Shown: positions 1 to 9,332, counted from the first letter of the stretch. The stretch: 32,000 bases of DNA from Acaryochloris marina MBIC11017 (GCF_000018105.1 NC_009925.1:3960001-3992000), one strand, 5' to 3'. Notes: generated from the sequence alone by a model not told the origin. Program-made: numbers and translations.

Positions 1-1254
1 GCTAAGCGTCTCACCCAACACGCTACTCGTGACTGGATTGATGGCGATTGCCCCTTTAATCCGAGGATCTGCTAGCTCATATCGTTGTTGAGGTAGCTTG
101 ATCACTTGGCACTGGAGTATTAAGGAGATATTGATCGTGTCTTTGAGCCGTGACCCACAATCTTGCTGGAGCTGCTCAAAATTGATCGTTGCCCCTGCTA
201 AGGCTAGTGCTGTATATCCGCCAAAAGACTGGCCAATCACGCCAACCTGGTCTAGATTTAACTGCCCTTGAAGCATTGGATCAGAGGTTGATAACCTTTC
301 CAGCTCATCCAATATAAACTGCACATCTAAGGGGCGATCTAGAAATTCTGTTGGTTGGGTGACCTCTTTCACTCGCCCTAGCATCAGGGCTTGGAGCTGG
401 TTGGTATTGCTGCCGATATGTTCTGGCATGACCACCACAAATCCATAAGACGCGAGATGTTCGGCTAAATAGCCATAAGAGTCGCGATTGGAGTTCAGGC
501 CATGAGAAATCACAACAATCGGTTTGGGCTGGGGACTGGCGGTTTGCGGTAGATAGAGATCAATGGGGAACTGACGGGACTGCCCGGTTAGGTTCTGCCG
601 TGTGGGACTTTGATCTGATAACGTGAGGGTCGTTTGTTGCCAGGAAAATTGTCCCGGCTGAGTTAAGGCAGCTCCGGTTGGGTTACCCGTGGGACGAGCA
701 GGGGTCTGCTTCTCCAATGTCTCAATCAAGGTATTCGTTTGTCGAATTAAGCCACGTATTTGAGAGAAAATGGCTAACCCTTCATCCAGATCTATCTTCA
801 GACCTTGGATAGGATAGTGCTTTAAAAAGTTCAGAACCGTAAGTCCCTCTGGATCAGCCGCCGCAACAATGAGTGCGCCTCTAAGAGCATAAAACCCACC
901 TTGATTGGATTTGGGCCGAATGACTTTGGCGATGCGACGCACCATTAACTCGCCAATATCTGAATAGAGAAATTGCGATACGGCACCGGGAGAAATGGCT
1001 AGCTGTTGCTGTAGTGCATTTTGGAGGAAGGGGCGTTGCTCAGGACTGATATAGCGAGCATAGGGAATAAAATCTCCCGTGATGCGTCCTGTTTCAGCGA
1101 AGGTTTCTAAAGACTCAACTGAGACCGATTGCTCAAAGGAGAGAAACGAGGCAAAAATGCGTTCGGCACCTCTAGCAGGCTTGGGATGGACATGAACGGA
1201 CAGCCAAACGGCTGAGCCAACCGCTAGTCCTAGTTTTGCAACACGCTTGAGCAT
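1..1254 (-). CDS. Exported alpha/beta hydrolase with DUF1400-like N-terminal region (3' end runs off the window)
   Basis: This gene is absent from the supplied ORF track because it has no stop inside the window. Hand translation of the minus strand from ATG (complement of 1252-1254) gives an open 418-codon frame down to position 1. It begins MLKRVAKLGLAVGSAVWLSVHVHP (signal-peptide-like). It contains PIVVISHGLNSNRDSYGYLAEHLASYGFVVVMPEH and a G-x-S-x-G nucleophile elbow, VGVIGQSFGGYTALALAG. Confidence 0.75.
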   Translation of the reverse strand, partial: MLKRVAKLGLAVGSAVWLSVHVHPKPARGAERIFASFLSFEQSVSVESLETFAETGRITGDFIPYARYISPEQRPFLQNALQQQLAISPGAVSQFLYSDIGELMVRRIAKVIRPKSNQGGFYALRGALIVAAADPEGLTVLNFLKHYPIQGLKIDLDEGLAIFSQIRGLIRQTNTLIETLEKQTPARPTGNPTGAALTQPGQFSWQQTTLTLSDQSPTRQNLTGQSRQFPIDLYLPQTASPQPKPIVVISHGLNSNRDSYGYLAEHLASYGFVVVMPEHIGSNTNQLQALMLGRVKEVTQPTEFLDRPLDVQFILDELERLSTSDPMLQGQLNLDQVGVIGQSFGGYTALALAGATINFEQLQQDCGSRLKDTINISLILQCQVIKLPQQRYELADPRIKGAIAINPVTSSVLGETLS

Positions 1255-1394
1255 ATGATCTACCCTGTAAACCTTCCCTCAATTCGTTCAAGAGCATATC
1301 AAATTCGGCCCTTTTCATCCTCTGCCCTTAATTTTGGAGGAATCCTAAAGGGAATGATTTAGGCTAACGGAATGATACTTCTCTTTGATTTAGA

Positions 1395-3008
1395 TCAATT
1401 CCAGTTGCCCACCATCGTAAAGGAAGACCAATAGTAGGGATGGGTAAACTCCACTTCCCCCCGTTCCGCGAAAATAGCGGGTAGGGCGATTTGTGAGCCA
1501 TCTGCCAAGACCAATTGGGCATCATCGGTGACGCGAACTTGTCCCTGCAACATGGCGATTTGGGCCTGTCGCAGGGCCGCGGACTTGATCGGAGCCGTTT
1601 TCAAGTTCTGATAAAATCCCGTCATCAGCCCTAGGGTCCCTTCATCGCTGACAAACCACAGACTTCCTAATGCCGACTTAACCCCAGATTGAATTGCTAA
1701 GCCTGTAAAGCCCAGCTCTGCATCCGTATTACCCAGAGCGGTTTGACAGGCACTAAGAACTAGCAGTTCTACGGTAGGTGTGCCACTCCATTTGGATTGG
1801 GTCGCAACCTCGCGCAAGTCTTTCAGGGTCAGCTTGCCGTCCCAAAGCTGGATAAACGACTTATCGATCTTGCCAGGGTTGAACTCAGCATGGGTCGCCA
1901 AGTGGATAATGTCGAACTGCTGTTGCTGGGTGAACTTCTTGAGATTGTCTAGGGTGACATCTGGATCGAGATAGGCTGATCCTTGCCAAATATTTTCAGT
2001 GAGGGCAGGAATTTCCACGGCCACAGAGGGTAAGGGAGATTGGCCTTCTACTTCCTGGGTAATGCCCATGCCCAGGACCTGCTTACCTTGGATAGGGGCG
2101 AAGCGGGTATCTGTCAGGCTAAAGCTGGGAATTAAAGCCAGATTATATTGCTCCACCAAAAACTGCTGACCGTCGTGAAGGGCGGCAAGGGGGAGCGATC
2201 GCAACCCTGCATCCATGGAGAAGATGATGGTGTCAATCTTTTTCTTTTCTAACTCGGCAGCTAGAGGCTGAACCATCCATTGATAGAGCTGTTGGGCAGA
2301 CTCCAAATAGCTTTTAGACTTGAAATCAATCGGGTCACTGATCTGCTGTCGAAAGTCTTTAGAGACCTTGGAGACTTGATCTAGGGTGGCCTCCGGCACT
2401 TTTATAAAGGTTACGTTGGGATTATTGAGGTCGTCTGTAGACGGAGCCGCCTGTCCCAGCTGGATCGGTCGGCTGGAAGCCACTTGGATGGCTTGATCAA
2501 TGCGGCTCAGCTCAGAGTCATTGAGGTTCGCCGTAACCAAGACTAGCTGTAGTCCCTCTCCCGTTTTCAGGACGTAGAGCAAAGCTGGATTGGTACCCGT
2601 GGCTTTAGCCAGTTTTTTTAACTCCTGGGAAATCACCTCTGCAGACGCAGCCTCGCCATAGAAGGGGCCAAACTTAGAAGCGTAAACCCCTGCAAAGCTG
2701 CTTTCAATCCTGGCGATTTCCGTGGGGGCACCGTTGATAAAAGGAGTATCTGCAGGCGGATCTTCAAACCCGGGATTGACGTCGGTGTTGGCGTCTGATT
2801 GACCCGTCATGTTCACATCGGATTGACTGGTGGGAGGCGTGCCTGGGGTGCCTGGTGTACCTGGTGTAATCGGCGGATCTAGCGGAGTTTGGGCCATACT
2901 CCGCCCAGCAACGCTTAAGGTCATTGCCACCGTCAGCAACCCTAAATTAATGAGGCGAAAAGGGGTTTTAAATAGTTGGGTCATGGTCACAAGAGATTTT
3001 TCTATCAA
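1395..3008 (-). CDS. Secreted CHAT-domain (caspase-like) protease
   Basis: 537-aa ORF. The N-terminus has a hydrophobic signal peptide (LINLGLLTVAMTLSVAGRSMAQ) followed by a PGTPGTPGTP low-complexity linker. The C-terminal half carries the CHAT His/Cys dyad context IIHLATHAEF ... LLVLSACQTALG. The start could instead be the internal ATG at 2984 (MTQLFK...). Confidence 0.85.
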   Translation of the reverse strand: MIEKSLVTMTQLFKTPFRLINLGLLTVAMTLSVAGRSMAQTPLDPPITPGTPGTPGTPPTSQSDVNMTGQSDANTDVNPGFEDPPADTPFINGAPTEIARIESSFAGVYASKFGPFYGEAASAEVISQELKKLAKATGTNPALLYVLKTGEGLQLVLVTANLNDSELSRIDQAIQVASSRPIQLGQAAPSTDDLNNPNVTFIKVPEATLDQVSKVSKDFRQQISDPIDFKSKSYLESAQQLYQWMVQPLAAELEKKKIDTIIFSMDAGLRSLPLAALHDGQQFLVEQYNLALIPSFSLTDTRFAPIQGKQVLGMGITQEVEGQSPLPSVAVEIPALTENIWQGSAYLDPDVTLDNLKKFTQQQQFDIIHLATHAEFNPGKIDKSFIQLWDGKLTLKDLREVATQSKWSGTPTVELLVLSACQTALGNTDAELGFTGLAIQSGVKSALGSLWFVSDEGTLGLMTGFYQNLKTAPIKSAALRQAQIAMLQGQVRVTDDAQLVLADGSQIALPAIFAERGEVEFTHPYYWSSFTMVGNWN

Positions 3009-3043
3009 AGTGGGCTATCGATCAGGTCAATCAACGGAATGCT

Positions 3044-4318
3044 CTAAAACGTAATGGCGTAACCGACGCCAAAAATAAAGCGCACCCCGTCTCCGGCGGT
3101 ACCCGTTACATCCGTGATGGCTGGGGTAATGATCAGCGGAATTTCGCGAAATGGTCGTAGAGAAAAGCCCAAGGATAGATCTTGACCAGACCATTCTGCG
3201 ATCGCATTCACTGGATCAGCAATGCGCAGGGCGACACTGCCAAAAACGCCAGGGGTATCATCATCGGTAAACACATTATTCTCGGTGCGATAGCGTCCTG
3301 TTCCTAACCCGGCGGAGACGTACATGCGGCTAAACAGGTCTTTGGTATTTTCTTTGAAAATAAATGTTTTGGATACGACCCCATAGGGGCTGGGACCATC
3401 AATATCTCCGGGACCCCAGCTAATGGCATCATTGACGCCCACGGCGACGGCAAATAAATCAGGTAGTCGTCGATGCAGCTTAAAGCTAATAATGCCTCGA
3501 TCAAAATTATCTAAATCTGTGAGGGTGAGGCCCACATCTAGCCCCACATACTTGCGGGCATCCCCTAAGCCAATGCCCACACCAATCGCTCCATCGGCAC
3601 TATTGGTAAATCGAGTACGATGCTGAAAGCCAAAGCCCACTGAAGCTTGCCGCCAAGATTTGCCATAGGCTGACGGCGTTAGAATCGTCGTGCTGGGACT
3701 GTATATAACCTTAGGGGTGAGCAACTCTTCTCGTAGATCTAATGGGGCTTCATCGGGAGTAGAGGGTTGGGTGCGAATACTAGGCCGACGACCTGCCGAT
3801 TCGTCTGGGTTGGGTCCGTCTGGCACCTGAGCAATTTGGTCCAGGGTTAATAAGGGTGGGACCGTTTGGGGGGTGGGTAGACGCGTGGGGTAAAACTCAC
3901 CTGTAGAAAAGGATGAATGGTTTGGCAGAGGCTCGCTTGGTGTCTCCGTTACCTCTGTTGTCAAGGGAAACGTTAATTCAGGGGAAGCAGCCGTGTCGGA
4001 ACCCGCAGCTGGAGCGTCTGGTGGGGAGGCAGAAGTGTCAAGGGCAAAAGGCAGAGGCGACTGTAATGCCGTTGGCAGGGCTGCTGTGGATTCTTGGGCC
4101 AGCACAACGTCGAGAGGAGCAGTAGGGGCGACGGTTTGTCCCCTCAGGCTCTCTTGTAGGGTTAAATCTTGCTGGCTAAAAGGGTATGTATTTTTCAGAG
4201 AAAGTTCTGTTGATCTGACTGGGCTCGGAAAGGAGAGACAAACAGAAATCGAGAGGAGACTTAGCTGGCAAATAGCGTATGGCTTTAACGGCATAAATTT
4301 ATCCACAAATAAGCGCAA
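3044..4318 (-). CDS. Putative outer-membrane beta-barrel protein with long Pro/Ser/Thr-rich N-terminal linker
   Basis: 424-aa ORF. It has a signal peptide (ICQLSLLSISVCLSFPSPVRS) followed by about 190 aa of P/S/T/A-rich, apparently disordered sequence. The last 200 aa or so show alternating hydrophobic/polar and Gly-rich strands (GVGIGLGDARKYVGLDVGLTLTD, VSAGLGTGRY) and end in an aromatic residue (GVGYAITF). No named family was recognised. Confidence 0.6.
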   Translation of the reverse strand: MRLFVDKFMPLKPYAICQLSLLSISVCLSFPSPVRSTELSLKNTYPFSQQDLTLQESLRGQTVAPTAPLDVVLAQESTAALPTALQSPLPFALDTSASPPDAPAAGSDTAASPELTFPLTTEVTETPSEPLPNHSSFSTGEFYPTRLPTPQTVPPLLTLDQIAQVPDGPNPDESAGRRPSIRTQPSTPDEAPLDLREELLTPKVIYSPSTTILTPSAYGKSWRQASVGFGFQHRTRFTNSADGAIGVGIGLGDARKYVGLDVGLTLTDLDNFDRGIISFKLHRRLPDLFAVAVGVNDAISWGPGDIDGPSPYGVVSKTFIFKENTKDLFSRMYVSAGLGTGRYRTENNVFTDDDTPGVFGSVALRIADPVNAIAEWSGQDLSLGFSLRPFREIPLIITPAITDVTGTAGDGVRFIFGVGYAITF

Positions 4319-4458
4319 TAGATAACAGTCCTCTTGTACAGACTCAGGAAATTAGTCACCCTAGATTGAATCATACTGTCAAGCTATTGAAGCTGATATT
4401 CAGAAAATATCAATATCTATCAGGTGGATGAATTGCCCTCAACTGGATACTGCACCAT

Positions 4459-4495
4459 AAAAAATCCAGAGAGTAAAAAGAAACATACTCTCTGG
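4459..4495 (-). terminator. Rho-independent terminator downstream of the COP23 gene
   Basis: Perfect 10-bp stem, CCAGAGAGTA (4466-4475) pairing with TACTCTCTGG (4486-4495), with a 10-nt loop. On the minus strand the hairpin is followed by ATTTTTT (complement of 4459-4465). It lies about 90 nt past the stop at 4583. Confidence 0.7.
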
Positions 4496-4582
4496 AAAAA
4501 AATTGATAATTTAGGCCTAAAAGACTGACCGCTACAAGGCTTAAATCTTTAGAAGAAAACGTCCGTTAATACAGAGCGAAGA

Positions 4583-5260
4583 TTAATTATCTAAGCCAGG
4601 ATTAGGGCTGATTGGAGTGTCTGCTGTGCCGCCGATAGCGCTTTCAGGTTCAGCGACCGGCGTTCTTTCGTTTAATAAACGCTCAAAGTCAATGACCTCT
4701 TTTTTGGGACCGCCTCGGCGAATACTGGTGCGATAGTTGAACAGTTGGCGCAATACCCGTGTGGGTTTATCTTTCGGCTCTAGGGTAATTAATAATCCTT
4801 GATCCAGGCATTGTCCTGCTTGCTCAGAGATACAAATAACTTGGTAGTTATTCATACTTCCCGTCGAGACAAATTTGAGTAGTCGCTGGTCAGAGAATTG
4901 CTGAAATCGTTGGGTTACAGTTTCACATCTTTTTGCCGGGGTCCAAGTAGTACCAAAAAAGTTGCTTTCCCACACAATCAGCTCAATCATGCCGCGCTCA
5001 GTATGGGCAACAGTCGATAATTTATCCGCTTCATTTTTGCATTCATAGCGAATTCTGGGTTTTACGGGTTGATCGGGTGAAATACCCGGTTTGATTTGGG
5101 GGGAAGTGGCGTTTTCTCCTTCTGAAACCGTGGGGACAGCAGGGATGCCGGGGGTCGATAAACTTGGGTCGGCAGAGGCCGCTAAGGGGGTAGCAACCTG
5201 GGCCAGGGTGGCTGTTAAGCAGAGAGAAGATGTGAAGAGAATTCTAGAAAAATAAGTCAT
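4583..5260 (-). CDS. COP23-family (circadian oscillating protein-like) exported protein
   Basis: 225 aa with signal peptide MTYFSRILFTSSLCLTATLAQVATPLAASA. The core matches the COP23 pattern: YECKNE..STVAHTERG..IELIVWESNFFG..WTPAKRCETVTQRFQQF..LKFVSTGSMNNYQVICISEQAGQC..LLITLEP. Confidence 0.8.
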   Translation of the reverse strand: MTYFSRILFTSSLCLTATLAQVATPLAASADPSLSTPGIPAVPTVSEGENATSPQIKPGISPDQPVKPRIRYECKNEADKLSTVAHTERGMIELIVWESNFFGTTWTPAKRCETVTQRFQQFSDQRLLKFVSTGSMNNYQVICISEQAGQCLDQGLLITLEPKDKPTRVLRQLFNYRTSIRRGGPKKEVIDFERLLNERTPVAEPESAIGGTADTPISPNPGLDN

Positions 5261-5382
5261 TTCAATACCTTGAAGTCGTTGTCACTGGCATAAATCACCC
5301 GCATGAATTTTGGTTGGCTGATCCCTCAGGGATAGGCCGGATAGCTAAATTGTTGATGACGTTGTTGATGACATCGGTAACC

Positions 5383-7332
5383 TCATTCTGAACACAAAGG
5401 ACCAGGGCAGATATTCATTACTTCTTTCTGGGGGGGAGGAGCCGGTTGTGCCGGGGGCTGATAGACCGGAGGGGCCGACCGGGCAGGGGGACGATAGACG
5501 GGGGGAGGCGCTGACCGGACTGGCGGTTGGTAAACCGGAGCAGAGCGAACGGGGGGCTGATAGACCGGAGGGGCCGACCGGGTGGCTGTTTGAGCAGGGG
5601 GCTGCCAAACGGGTTCGGGGGCTGGCCGATTGGCGATCGCGGTTTTGGCGTCCTTCTGAATTTGATCAGCGATCTTCTTCCAATATTCTGGGGCTTTGAT
5701 TTGTTTCGCAGTTGCGATCGCATCTTCCTCACGCCCTTCCTTTAAGGCTTTTTTAGCCGCCGTGATCTTCTTTTCATTAGCACTATGCTTGTCTTGCCAT
5801 TGCTTAGATTCACGCTGGGCTTTGGTCTTAACGACGCTAGTGGTGGGAATTTGTTCAATTCCCGCCAACGCCAGCTTTAAATCTCCCTTAATTTCATAGT
5901 TCTGGCGAGCTTCTTGCAGGATTAGGGCGGACCAGTCATCTAATTTCTGGGTGGCTTGAAAATGATAGGTACTCTGATCAGACACCTTCGTGACCATCTG
6001 TACCGCCTCCCCCAACTTCGTTTCCTCAGCCAGTTGTTTGGCCTGGCCGAGATAGCACTTGGAGAGGGGGTTGAGTAATTGATTGACCGCTTTAGACTGC
6101 TGGGTCATGGCGGTCTCACCTAGGTCAATACATTCAGAATATTTGGCTTGCCCATGTAGTTGACTCAGTTGAGCGGCCGTTTGACTAAGGGTTTTCGGCC
6201 CCCAGAGTAGAAACCCACCGATGCCTGCCCCGACTAAAACCGTTGAGGGCACGAGCACCTTGAGCAATTGACGGGATTTTGTTTTGGCGCCGCTGGTTTC
6301 ATAGATGGGGGCAGTGCCCTTTTCAGGTTGTACGGGGGGTGCCTGAATGTTCGTGTCTTGATTAGTGACTTGGTTGGTTGAGTGGTCGGTAGTAACTGAG
6401 GCTGGAGATTGATAAATGGTAGAAGGGGGCTCTGCGGGGGCGCTTTCTGCATCCAGCAGGTCGGGCATAGCTTCAGTTTTGGCGGCGGCCATGGTCTTGC
6501 TGCCCACTACATCCGGCACCTGTTCGAGATCCGCTAACACTTCGGCAACGGACTGATAGCGCTTGCGATAGTCTCGACGAACCATCTTTCGTAAAATTTC
6601 AGCCATCTCCGTACTGACGTCGGCTTGATGCTGCCAGAGGATTTCGTCTTCTTCGCTGCGCTCAAACTCGACGGGGCGAACGCCCGTTAACCCATAGATA
6701 CCTATGGTGCCTAAAGCGTAGATGTCGCTACTAATATGGGGTTTGCCGCGAATTTGCTCGTCCGGCATATAGCCTGGGGTACCGACGGCAATCGTCGTTT
6801 CGGTGGCTTGGTTTTGACCGCTGCTAATTTGCTTAACGGCTCCAAAGTCCAGTAAAAATACAGCCTGGTCCGACAATCGTCGAATTAAGTTGTCCGGCTT
6901 AATATCCCGGTGAATAACCCCTAGGTCATGGACATATTTGAGGATGTCTAAACATTCAATCAGGAAAGCTTTAACTTTGGCTTCTGGCCACCGTTTCTCG
7001 GGACTCAATTCCTGGGCAATCGAAATCCCATCAATAAATTCTTGGACCAGAAAAAAATCTTGTTCGGACTCAAAATAAGAGAGAAGTTTGGGAATCCGAG
7101 GATGATTCCCTAGGTTGCCTAAAATGCTCGCTTCCTGTTCAAATAGTCGGCGAGCAATCTCCAAGAATTTCGGATCGCTTGAATCGGGCTGGAGCTGCTT
7201 AATAACGCACTTTGGATAATCGGGTAAATAGGTATCTCGGGCTAAAAAAGTAGTCCCAAAAGACCCTTGCGCTAAGGTTTTTAGCACATGATACCGATAG
7301 GCTATGACTTGTCCGGACATCTCAACCATCAA
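5383..7332 (-). CDS. Membrane-anchored Hanks-type Ser/Thr protein kinase with Pro-rich C-terminal repeats
   Basis: 649 aa. Kinase motifs are GSFGTTFLA (P-loop), VIKQL (Lys), HRDIKPDN (catalytic loop), DFG, and GTPGYMPDE (activation/APE-like). A single TM helix follows (VLVPSTVLVGAGIGGFLLWG), then an extracytoplasmic helical region and the (R)SAPPVYQPP repeats. Confidence 0.92.
   Translation of the reverse strand: MMVEMSGQVIAYRYHVLKTLAQGSFGTTFLARDTYLPDYPKCVIKQLQPDSSDPKFLEIARRLFEQEASILGNLGNHPRIPKLLSYFESEQDFFLVQEFIDGISIAQELSPEKRWPEAKVKAFLIECLDILKYVHDLGVIHRDIKPDNLIRRLSDQAVFLLDFGAVKQISSGQNQATETTIAVGTPGYMPDEQIRGKPHISSDIYALGTIGIYGLTGVRPVEFERSEEDEILWQHQADVSTEMAEILRKMVRRDYRKRYQSVAEVLADLEQVPDVVGSKTMAAAKTEAMPDLLDAESAPAEPPSTIYQSPASVTTDHSTNQVTNQDTNIQAPPVQPEKGTAPIYETSGAKTKSRQLLKVLVPSTVLVGAGIGGFLLWGPKTLSQTAAQLSQLHGQAKYSECIDLGETAMTQQSKAVNQLLNPLSKCYLGQAKQLAEETKLGEAVQMVTKVSDQSTYHFQATQKLDDWSALILQEARQNYEIKGDLKLALAGIEQIPTTSVVKTKAQRESKQWQDKHSANEKKITAAKKALKEGREEDAIATAKQIKAPEYWKKIADQIQKDAKTAIANRPAPEPVWQPPAQTATRSAPPVYQPPVRSAPVYQPPVRSAPPPVYRPPARSAPPVYQPPAQPAPPPQKEVMNICPGPLCSE
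5431..5607. repeat. Coding tandem repeat (Pro-rich, about 11-aa units) inside the kinase 3' end
   Basis: The protein reads WQPPAQTATRSAPPVYQPPVRSAPVYQPPVRSAPPPVYRPPARSAPPVYQPPAQPAPPP. At the DNA level an exact 31-nt copy, GGGGGCTGATAGACCGGAGGGGCCGACCGGG, occurs at 5453-5483 and 5552-5582 (99-nt offset). Confidence 0.9.
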
Positions 7333-7849
7333 CCCAAACCAAAACGCTCATTCCAACCCATATTTTAAGAGAGTCGACTCATAGAAATCCCAAAAATTAC
7401 AAGTTTTTAGGGATTGGTCGGACTCTAAATCATGTCGTTCACACTCTGCTTTGATATGCATGTCGTGATCGGTCTTATTGTTGCTGGCTCTCGTTCAAGA
7501 AGCTCCCCGTCTTGAACCCAATATCCCGCATCCCACTGGTTAAAAGACGACTGCAAGCACCTGTTTAGAGAGGATTGCAACCTATCCGCAAGTCTAGCGG
7601 TTCCTCCAGGGTAGACACAGTGATTTATATCAACGGATTAGACATAGAAATGGGAAAACGCCAGGGTTACTACACTCAGTTATCGGGGGGGCGGGGCTTC
7701 GTTACGCAGTTCGGCAGGGTGAACCTCAGGCTAAGAGGGACAACTGCGATTAGACGCGGCTCCTAGCCATTTCGGGAAGAAATTCATTAAGATTATTGAC
7801 ACGCCCAACCGGTTTGAGAGGTTTAGCTTTGTCTGTCTCTGTGAGATTT

Positions 7850-8068
7850 ATGCCTGACGATGTCACCATCGAGGCGGAAGTGGGTGAGCCCTTGTTGACG
7901 GTTGCTGAACGGGCAGGGATTGACATTCCCACGGGTTGCTTAATGGGATCCTGTCACGCCTGTGAGGTGGACATTGAAGAGATTGGAGAGCTGTGTTCCT
8001 GTATCTTCTCGGTTCCACCCGGCTATGCCCAACTGACGATTAATTTGTTTTCAGATCCCACCTGGTGA
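7850..8068 (+). CDS. Small 2Fe-2S ferredoxin-like protein
   Basis: The track ORF is 7796-8068. I prefer the ATG at 7850 (MPDDVTIEAEVGEPLLTVAERAGIDIPTGCLMGSCHACEVDIEE...CSC). The C-x4-C-x2-C ... C spacing and the beta-grasp-like N-terminus are typical of plant-type 2Fe-2S domains. Confidence 0.75.
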   Translation: MPDDVTIEAEVGEPLLTVAERAGIDIPTGCLMGSCHACEVDIEEIGELCSCIFSVPPGYAQLTINLFSDPTW

Positions 8069-9010
8069 TTAGCCAGGGTGGTTGGGAACAACCTCAGCCA
8101 CTTTGGCGGAAATAAAGGGAATGACGTCTTCATTATCGCTAGCCTGTTTGCTCTCGGTAAACACCACTAATAAATAGGGCGAGCGATGGGGCAGTTCAAT
8201 ATAGGCCGCATCATGGCGGACGGTGCTGGTCCAGCCCGCCTTAGACCAGACCTTCGTATCTAAGGGAACCCCACCGCCAATAAACCCAGTGACCTGATTT
8301 TCAGGGTCTGCGGCTAGTACGTCGGGGTTGAGGTCTCGCAGCATTAGGTCGAGCATGGCTTGCGATCGCACCGCCGATACCGATACTCCACCGACAATAC
8401 TGTGCAGCAGACGGGCAGTGGCTTCGGTCGTCAGCCTATTGCGATTGGCTCGGGTTTCTCCTACAAACGCCTGTTCTCGTCCGTAGGGGCCATCGCCCCA
8501 GGTTTTTTGATTCGCATTAATAGTCCCCAGTTCTGGCCAACCCAAGGATTGAAAATACCGATTGACGATGTTGCGCTGGTGCTGCCAGGTTTTAAACGGT
8601 TCAGGGGGCAGCTCGGGACCGCTGGTGGTGCCGGTCAGCATATCCACCACCAGACCCGTGCCATCGTTACTAGAGTCAATAATCATGTCCTGCATCGCCC
8701 GCTCTAATTCTGCCGATGGCTGCATCATGCCCGTTTCTAACCACTCATGGGCGGCAACCAGATAAAACAGCTTGACGACGCTGGCGGGATAAATACATTC
8801 CACACCCCGATAGCTATACCCCCGCACCGGATATTGCCAAAATTCTTGGGGACTGATGCTGCCTCCGGTATTAGTGATGAACGGCGGATCATAGACAAGC
8901 CAGGTCATGGCCAGCTGATTTTGAGCTAACCAGGGGAATTTAGTCCAGACTTCTTCCAAAATGGATTGGCCTTGAGATTGGAGCTGATCATCTGATTGAA
9001 AAAACGGCAT
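8069..9010 (-). CDS. Class A beta-lactamase-related serine hydrolase
   Basis: 313 aa. The S-x-x-K motif is SVVK, the S-x-N-like motif is DSSNDG, and the K-T/S-G-like motif is KAGWT, all in the expected order and spacing. Confidence 0.75.
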   Translation of the reverse strand: MPFFQSDDQLQSQGQSILEEVWTKFPWLAQNQLAMTWLVYDPPFITNTGGSISPQEFWQYPVRGYSYRGVECIYPASVVKLFYLVAAHEWLETGMMQPSAELERAMQDMIIDSSNDGTGLVVDMLTGTTSGPELPPEPFKTWQHQRNIVNRYFQSLGWPELGTINANQKTWGDGPYGREQAFVGETRANRNRLTTEATARLLHSIVGGVSVSAVRSQAMLDLMLRDLNPDVLAADPENQVTGFIGGGVPLDTKVWSKAGWTSTVRHDAAYIELPHRSPYLLVVFTESKQASDNEDVIPFISAKVAEVVPNHPG

Positions 9011-9332
9011 GGCTCAGTAAGAATTTAGGCAGAGGGCAAGCTTTATCAACAGCAGACTAACACCATTTCAGACTCTCTAACAGGCCAAAAAAAGCTGGAG
9101 AAAATGCCCAGATGACGGGGAATCAGATTCCTAAATTCTCTTTTTTCCTTTATTGTTGAATTATTTCTTAAGGTGAAGTGACATTTCTGGAGTCAAAACA
9201 GGGCAAACTCTAGAAGAGGGTCTAATTCTATTAGGCAAGATTCTTGTTCAATCTGATGCATTATCAAGAGATTGTTTAGAACTAGACTGGTATTTTTCAG
9301 CCCTTACTCATTAGTGGATGTAGGAGTTAAGC

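Noticed and set aside
5345-5745. Cluster of 70-104-aa ORFs on both strands (5345-5608, 5418-5732, 5448-5699, 5527-5745) overlapping the kinase 3' end
   Set aside because: All lie within the G+C-rich proline-repeat DNA. Their products are low-complexity Arg/Pro/Gly strings. The kinase frame carries recognisable motifs and continues upstream without interruption.
7575-7766. 63-aa ORF in the kinase/ferredoxin intergenic region
   Set aside because: It has a non-ATG start, no Shine-Dalgarno sequence and a Gly/Arg-rich product that mirrors the local G-tracts. More likely it is non-coding.
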